Positions 33,464-36,017 of a stretch of 36,017 nt of DNA are shown piece after piece; position 1 is the first letter of the stretch, and each line of letters begins with the position of its first letter. The stretch is from a virus. A program made the position numbers and the translations under genes. The notes under the pieces were generated by a model that was not told the DNA's origin, searched no databases, and was given only the letters and a program-made list of their open reading frames with translations. Location of the stretch: the IMG/VR virus record IMGVR_UViG_3300045988_158494; one strand, given 5' to 3'.

Positions 33464-33549
33464 TTTAAATTTTAAGTACGTTCAGACTATCCGAACGTTT
33501 CGCGCTCCGGCGCGGGCACGACCCGCACGTTTCTATTTTCCGGAGCTAA
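33464..33549 (-). promoter_or_regulatory. Conserved structured intergenic element, copy 2, 44 nt upstream of the ATG at 33459
   Basis: The outer stem pairs 33504-33510 with 33540-33546. The inner stem-loop is GCGGG-CACGA-CCCGC at 33512-33526. The second hairpin at 33478-33498 has one mismatch. Confidence 0.7.
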
Positions 33550-33620
33550 CCGTTATATTAAAGGAAAGATAAAGAACATATCACCCGCATAGGGCGGACC
33601 TCGTTCGCTCGCCGGGATTT

Positions 33621-34772
33621 TTATCCGACGCGTAACAGGACGACGTTCGGAACGTAAACGTCCTGCACGCTCTCCGCGTTGTCTACTATGATCGGGAAGG
33701 CATGCATACCTCGCGTCACACGAGCGGAGTTCAGAATAGAGATACATAATTTTACACGTTCTGCACGATTAACACTTTTAAGTGGCACACCGTTGTACGT
33801 TAAAGTAAACGTCCCGGTCGTGCGACCCGTTTTTAACGTTTTATCGGTTACGAGTTGCCACCCGTCGGGAAGTTCGGCCTGTACGGCCCGGCGGTCCGCC
33901 TCGCGTATCTCGGCCTCCGTTTCGGCGATTCGGCGCTCCAACTCCCGCACGTTGTCGCGCGCACGTTTCGACGCCTCGACCATTTGTTTAGCGCGTAATA
34001 TGGCCGACTGTTCGTCGTTGTATGCGTCGAGTTTTGCGACAATACGCGCGGCTTCGTCACGTTTCGACGTCATAACCGCACACGCCTCGGAGTACGCAAA
34101 TTTGATCTCCCGCACGCGCTCCGCCGTGTAGGCACGTTTGCACGTCGGGCAAACGCACTCCATACCCTTGTCCACGATCTCCACGGCTCGGTTGTAGTCG
34201 GCGAGAAAAACTCGCTCGGCTTCGCTCAAAGGTTCGCACGTTTCGACGGGGATAGTTACGTTGGATAGTGCGTAACGTTCGGCCGTCTCTTTGTCCGCAC
34301 GTAACGTGCGCAACGTTTTGCGGAGTTGGTCGGCCTCGACGTTGTCCATTACGTCCGCCCGCACGAGTACGCGGCGCAGTTGGTCCGCCGTTACTTGCGG
34401 GTCGGCTAACGTATTAACGTCGGCACACGCGGCAGCGAACTCGACGTCCACGCCTTTGTCCATCATCGCCCGCACGAAGTCAGTTTGAGACGTAGCGCGG
34501 TTATTGACGTACAATTGCGTGCCTTTGGGGGTCAGTTCACGCCGGATCGACAACCCGGCAAAATCTTCGATCTCAACAGTCGGCCTAACCTTATCCCGAT
34601 CGACCCCGGCCGGGATAACGTCGAACCCGTTCAACGTGCGGCCAGTTAGTGCCCAATAATACGCATTTACTAACGTGGTTTTCCCTGCCCCGTTTGCCGC
34701 CGTTTTGCTCTCAACTGGCAAAACGTGCGGGCCGCCACGAAACGCGGCGAAATCGTCTAAAATTACGTCCAT
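33621..34772 (-). CDS. Rad50/SbcC-like ABC-type ATPase with a central CxxC hook (383 aa from the ATG at 34772)
   Basis: The N-terminus MDVILDDFAAFRGG...AANGAGKTT contains the Walker A motif. The middle is a long helical region with CPTC. A degenerate signature NRAERVKL is followed by the Walker B motif FPIIVDNAES. The 20-codon extension to 34832 was judged non-coding. Confidence 0.65.
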   Translation of the reverse strand: MDVILDDFAAFRGGPHVLPVESKTAANGAGKTTLVNAYYWALTGRTLNGFDVIPAGVDRDKVRPTVEIEDFAGLSIRRELTPKGTQLYVNNRATSQTDFVRAMMDKGVDVEFAAACADVNTLADPQVTADQLRRVLVRADVMDNVEADQLRKTLRTLRADKETAERYALSNVTIPVETCEPLSEAERVFLADYNRAVEIVDKGMECVCPTCKRAYTAERVREIKFAYSEACAVMTSKRDEAARIVAKLDAYNDEQSAILRAKQMVEASKRARDNVRELERRIAETEAEIREADRRAVQAELPDGWQLVTDKTLKTGRTTGTFTLTYNGVPLKSVNRAERVKLCISILNSARVTRGMHAFPIIVDNAESVQDVYVPNVVLLRVG

Positions 34773-34868
34773 TATTTTACAGTTTTTCCCGGACCAACGG
34801 CGGCCCGGCTTTTCGCGCCCCGTGCCCGGCATGATCGGGCCGCCCGCCTAAAGCGGGAAACGGGGCAA

Positions 34869-34928
34869 ATTTCGCCGATCGGATCGGCGGTGCGTACCTT
34901 TGTACGTTTCCGATCCGATCGGCGAAAT
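34869..34928. repeat. 60-nt near-perfect palindrome: 19-bp arms ATTTCGCCGATCGGATCGG / CCGATCCGATCGGCGAAAT with an inner 5-bp hairpin CGTAC-CTTT-GTACG
   Basis: Arms at 34869-34887 and 34910-34928 are exact reverse complements. Each arm carries two GATC sites. Confidence 0.9.
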
Positions 34929-34937
34929 ATATACGGG

Positions 34938-34965
34938 AAAAGCCGCCCTTTTCGGGGCGGCTTTT
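34938..34965 (-). terminator. Intrinsic terminator after the 34986-35579 gene
   Basis: AAAAGCCGCCC (34938-34948) pairs with GGGCGGCTTTT (34955-34965). On the - strand the GC stem is followed by a U-run, 21 nt after the stop codon. Confidence 0.8.
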
Positions 34966-34985
34966 CGGCGGTACGTTTGCCCGGC

Positions 34986-35579
34986 TTACATTTTGTCCGG
35001 ATCGAGGCCCGCGGCGATAAGCATCGCGCGCAAACGTTCGTTTTCCGACAGCGCGGCGGCAGCCTTGAATTCGGCGGCGGCTACCTTTGCCGACAACGTT
35101 TCCCGGGCGGCCTTCTCGGGCAGTTCGTACGCCTCAACGTCGGCGGCGGCCTTTTCGAGTTCGGCGGCGGCGGCCCCCTTTTCGGCTTCGAGCGCGGCCA
35201 GTTCGGCTCGGGCTTCGTCGATCTTTTTGTCCAGTTTGGCGGCGTCCGCTTCTGCGGACATGATACGGGCGGCGGCCCGCTTGATCGACATTTCGGCGGC
35301 CAGCGCGTCGGTCATACTTTCGATGTCGGCGTCGGCTACCACAAGCCGAGACACCTTTTCCGTTCCGTCGTCCTGCGTTTGCAGAACGGCTCGGAAGAAG
35401 TTCCCAGTACGCTTTTCGAAGTTGAGGCCCTTCTCGGACAGGTGCGGCAGTTTCGCACGGAGCACGGCGGCGGCCTTTTTCTCCAGCGGCGACAGTTCGC
35501 GCGCGGGCTCTTCGGCGGTTGCGACGGCCTCAACGGCGGCGGTTTCAACGGTTTCGGGGTTGTTCAGAACGTTTTTCAT
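34986..35579 (-). CDS. Ala/Glu-rich coiled-coil protein (197 aa), first gene of the early arm, function unknown
   Basis: ATG ORF with a GC3-rich coding signature, which produces long shadow ORFs on the + strand. It appears to form its own transcription unit between element copy 3 and a terminator. Confidence 0.65.
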   Translation of the reverse strand: MKNVLNNPETVETAAVEAVATAEEPARELSPLEKKAAAVLRAKLPHLSEKGLNFEKRTGNFFRAVLQTQDDGTEKVSRLVVADADIESMTDALAAEMSIKRAAARIMSAEADAAKLDKKIDEARAELAALEAEKGAAAAELEKAAADVEAYELPEKAARETLSAKVAAAEFKAAAALSENERLRAMLIAAGLDPDKM

Positions 35580-35632
35580 GATGCGTAAATGTTTAGTTAG
35601 TTAATAAGTGAATTACACGCGTTTTGCGTTTG

Positions 35633-35680
35633 TGCCGCCGCCGGGAGCGACCCGGGCAAACGCTTAACGTTTCGGCGGCA
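35633..35680 (-). promoter_or_regulatory. Structured element copy 3 (same nested-hairpin architecture with different stem sequences), 53 nt upstream of the ATG at 35579
   Basis: The outer 8-bp stem pairs TGCCGCCG (35633-35640) with CGGCGGCA (35673-35680). The inner stem-loop is CCGGG-AGCGA-CCCGG (35641-35655). A 17-nt bulge contains ACGTTT. Confidence 0.55.
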
Positions 35681-35912
35681 GACCTATTTTATTTTGCGAG
35701 TGCAACTCGCAAAACCGCTTTACAAAGGTTCGAACGATCGACGGGCTCGAATCCGTCTATTCGGCAAGAGCTTTCATACGTAGTTATTGCGTTCATATCT
35801 TAAAAATTTTTAATATATCCCGTTCGGACCTGTTCCGAACTCCTTCTGGGGGTAAAATTACAAAAACGTTTCGAGACGTGCAAGTTTTTCGACCACTTTT
35901 TTGCAAAAATTT

Positions 35913-35931
35913 ACATACCTATTATATATAG
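35913..35931 (-). promoter_or_regulatory. Candidate promoter element (reverse complement CTATATATAATAGGTATGT) facing the - (early) arm
   Basis: It is a near-identical inverted copy of 1362-1381. On the - strand it is followed by TAAATTTTTG, which is loosely like TAnnTTTG. Confidence 0.4.
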
Positions 35932-35939
35932 CCCCCGGG

Positions 35940-36017
35940 CCTGCTGCTTCAGTCGATCGGGCGGCCTGCTGCTTCAGTCGATCGGGCGGCCTGCTGCTTC
36001 AGTCGATCGGGCGGCCT
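35940..36017. repeat. Three perfect head-to-tail copies of the 25-bp unit (35940-35964, 35965-35989, 35990-36014) plus CCT
   Basis: Counted base by base. The array continues into the unit at 1-25 when the ends are overlapped. Confidence 0.95.

Noticed and set aside
33553-33747. A 64-aa ORF on the - strand spanning the end of the ATPase gene and the intergenic region.
   Set aside because: It mostly overlaps the ATPase gene out of frame, its peptide is Arg-rich and low in complexity, and its end falls inside the repeated intergenic element. Probably spurious.
1450-35579. Stop-codon reassignment or an alternative genetic code.
   Set aside because: All large structural and replication genes are uninterrupted in the standard code, and gene ends are tightly packed. 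There is nothing to suggest recoding.
35740-35757. A second T-loop-like string, GACGG-GCTCGAAT-CCGTC.
   Set aside because: The loop is 8 nt and lacks the TTC core. No complementary acceptor strands flank it. It is probably a chance hairpin in the control region.
35940-36017. A possible CRISPR array formed by the repeated 25-mers at the contig ends.
   Set aside because: The units are directly adjacent with no spacers, and there are no cas genes. This is a plain tandem repeat and assembly overlap.
1-36017. An apparent excess of CpG and ACGT/TACG/CGTA words, hinting at unusual DNA modification or restriction avoidance.
   Set aside because: Hand counts of CpG in four arbitrary 60-nt lines gave 8, 4, 2 and 6, which is too inconsistent to support a claim. 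Dinucleotide odds ratios and palindrome under-representation statistics are needed. No modification genes were seen apart from MazG.
1-36017. A lysogeny module (integrase, CI/Cro-type repressor, excisionase) or attP site.
   Set aside because: No ORF has recombinase-like size or motifs, and the only HTH protein is sigma/LuxR-like. A temperate lifestyle cannot be supported from this sequence, though absence of evidence is not proof.

Overview
The window reads as one complete tailed-phage genome of about 36 kb with a contractile-tail (myovirus-type) gene set. Bases 1-28 are identical to 35990-36017, and both ends lie inside a 25-bp tandem repeat. The contig is therefore circularly closed or terminally redundant.

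Layout:
- A + strand virion/lysis arm runs 1450-20919. It carries the large terminase, two membrane proteins, portal, neck proteins, a prohead-protease/capsid fusion, sheath, tube, a -1 frameshifted chaperone, tape measure, baseplate, holin-like protein plus M15 lysin, and fibre.
- A - strand early/replication arm runs from 35579 down to 20958. It carries an Ala-rich coiled-coil protein, a Rad50-like ATPase, small unknowns including a tandem paralog pair, an MBL hydrolase, a DUF2815-like SSB, a family A DNA polymerase, a primase-helicase, an HTH/sigma-like protein, VRR-NUC, a Dps-like protein, a MazG-like protein, an SNF2 helicase and an acidic protein.
- The arms converge on a bidirectional terminator (20918-20959). 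They diverge from an ORF-free, repeat-dense region of about 1.85 kb (35580-36017 plus 1-1449).

Most genes lack Shine-Dalgarno sequences and have AU-rich leaders, which suggests a Bacteroidota-type host; this is inference only. I saw no integrase, repressor, reverse transcriptase, CRISPR array, canonical tRNA or stop-codon recoding.

The items I consider most worth follow-up:
1. A nested-hairpin element found three times 42-53 nt upstream of early-arm genes, with compensatory stem changes.
2. The large non-coding block, with DnaA-box-like 12-mers, palindromic operator-like sites and several repeat families. It could be an origin/control region or a large ncRNA.
3. A Dps-like ferritin translationally coupled to MazG.
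4. A protease-linker-capsid single ORF with an 18-bp x11 tandem repeat.
5. A tRNA top-half mimic between the tube and chaperone genes.
6. A spanin-like pair next to the terminase, while the holin and lysin are inserted in the baseplate module.

All functional calls come from motifs read by eye and from synteny. No database search was possible.
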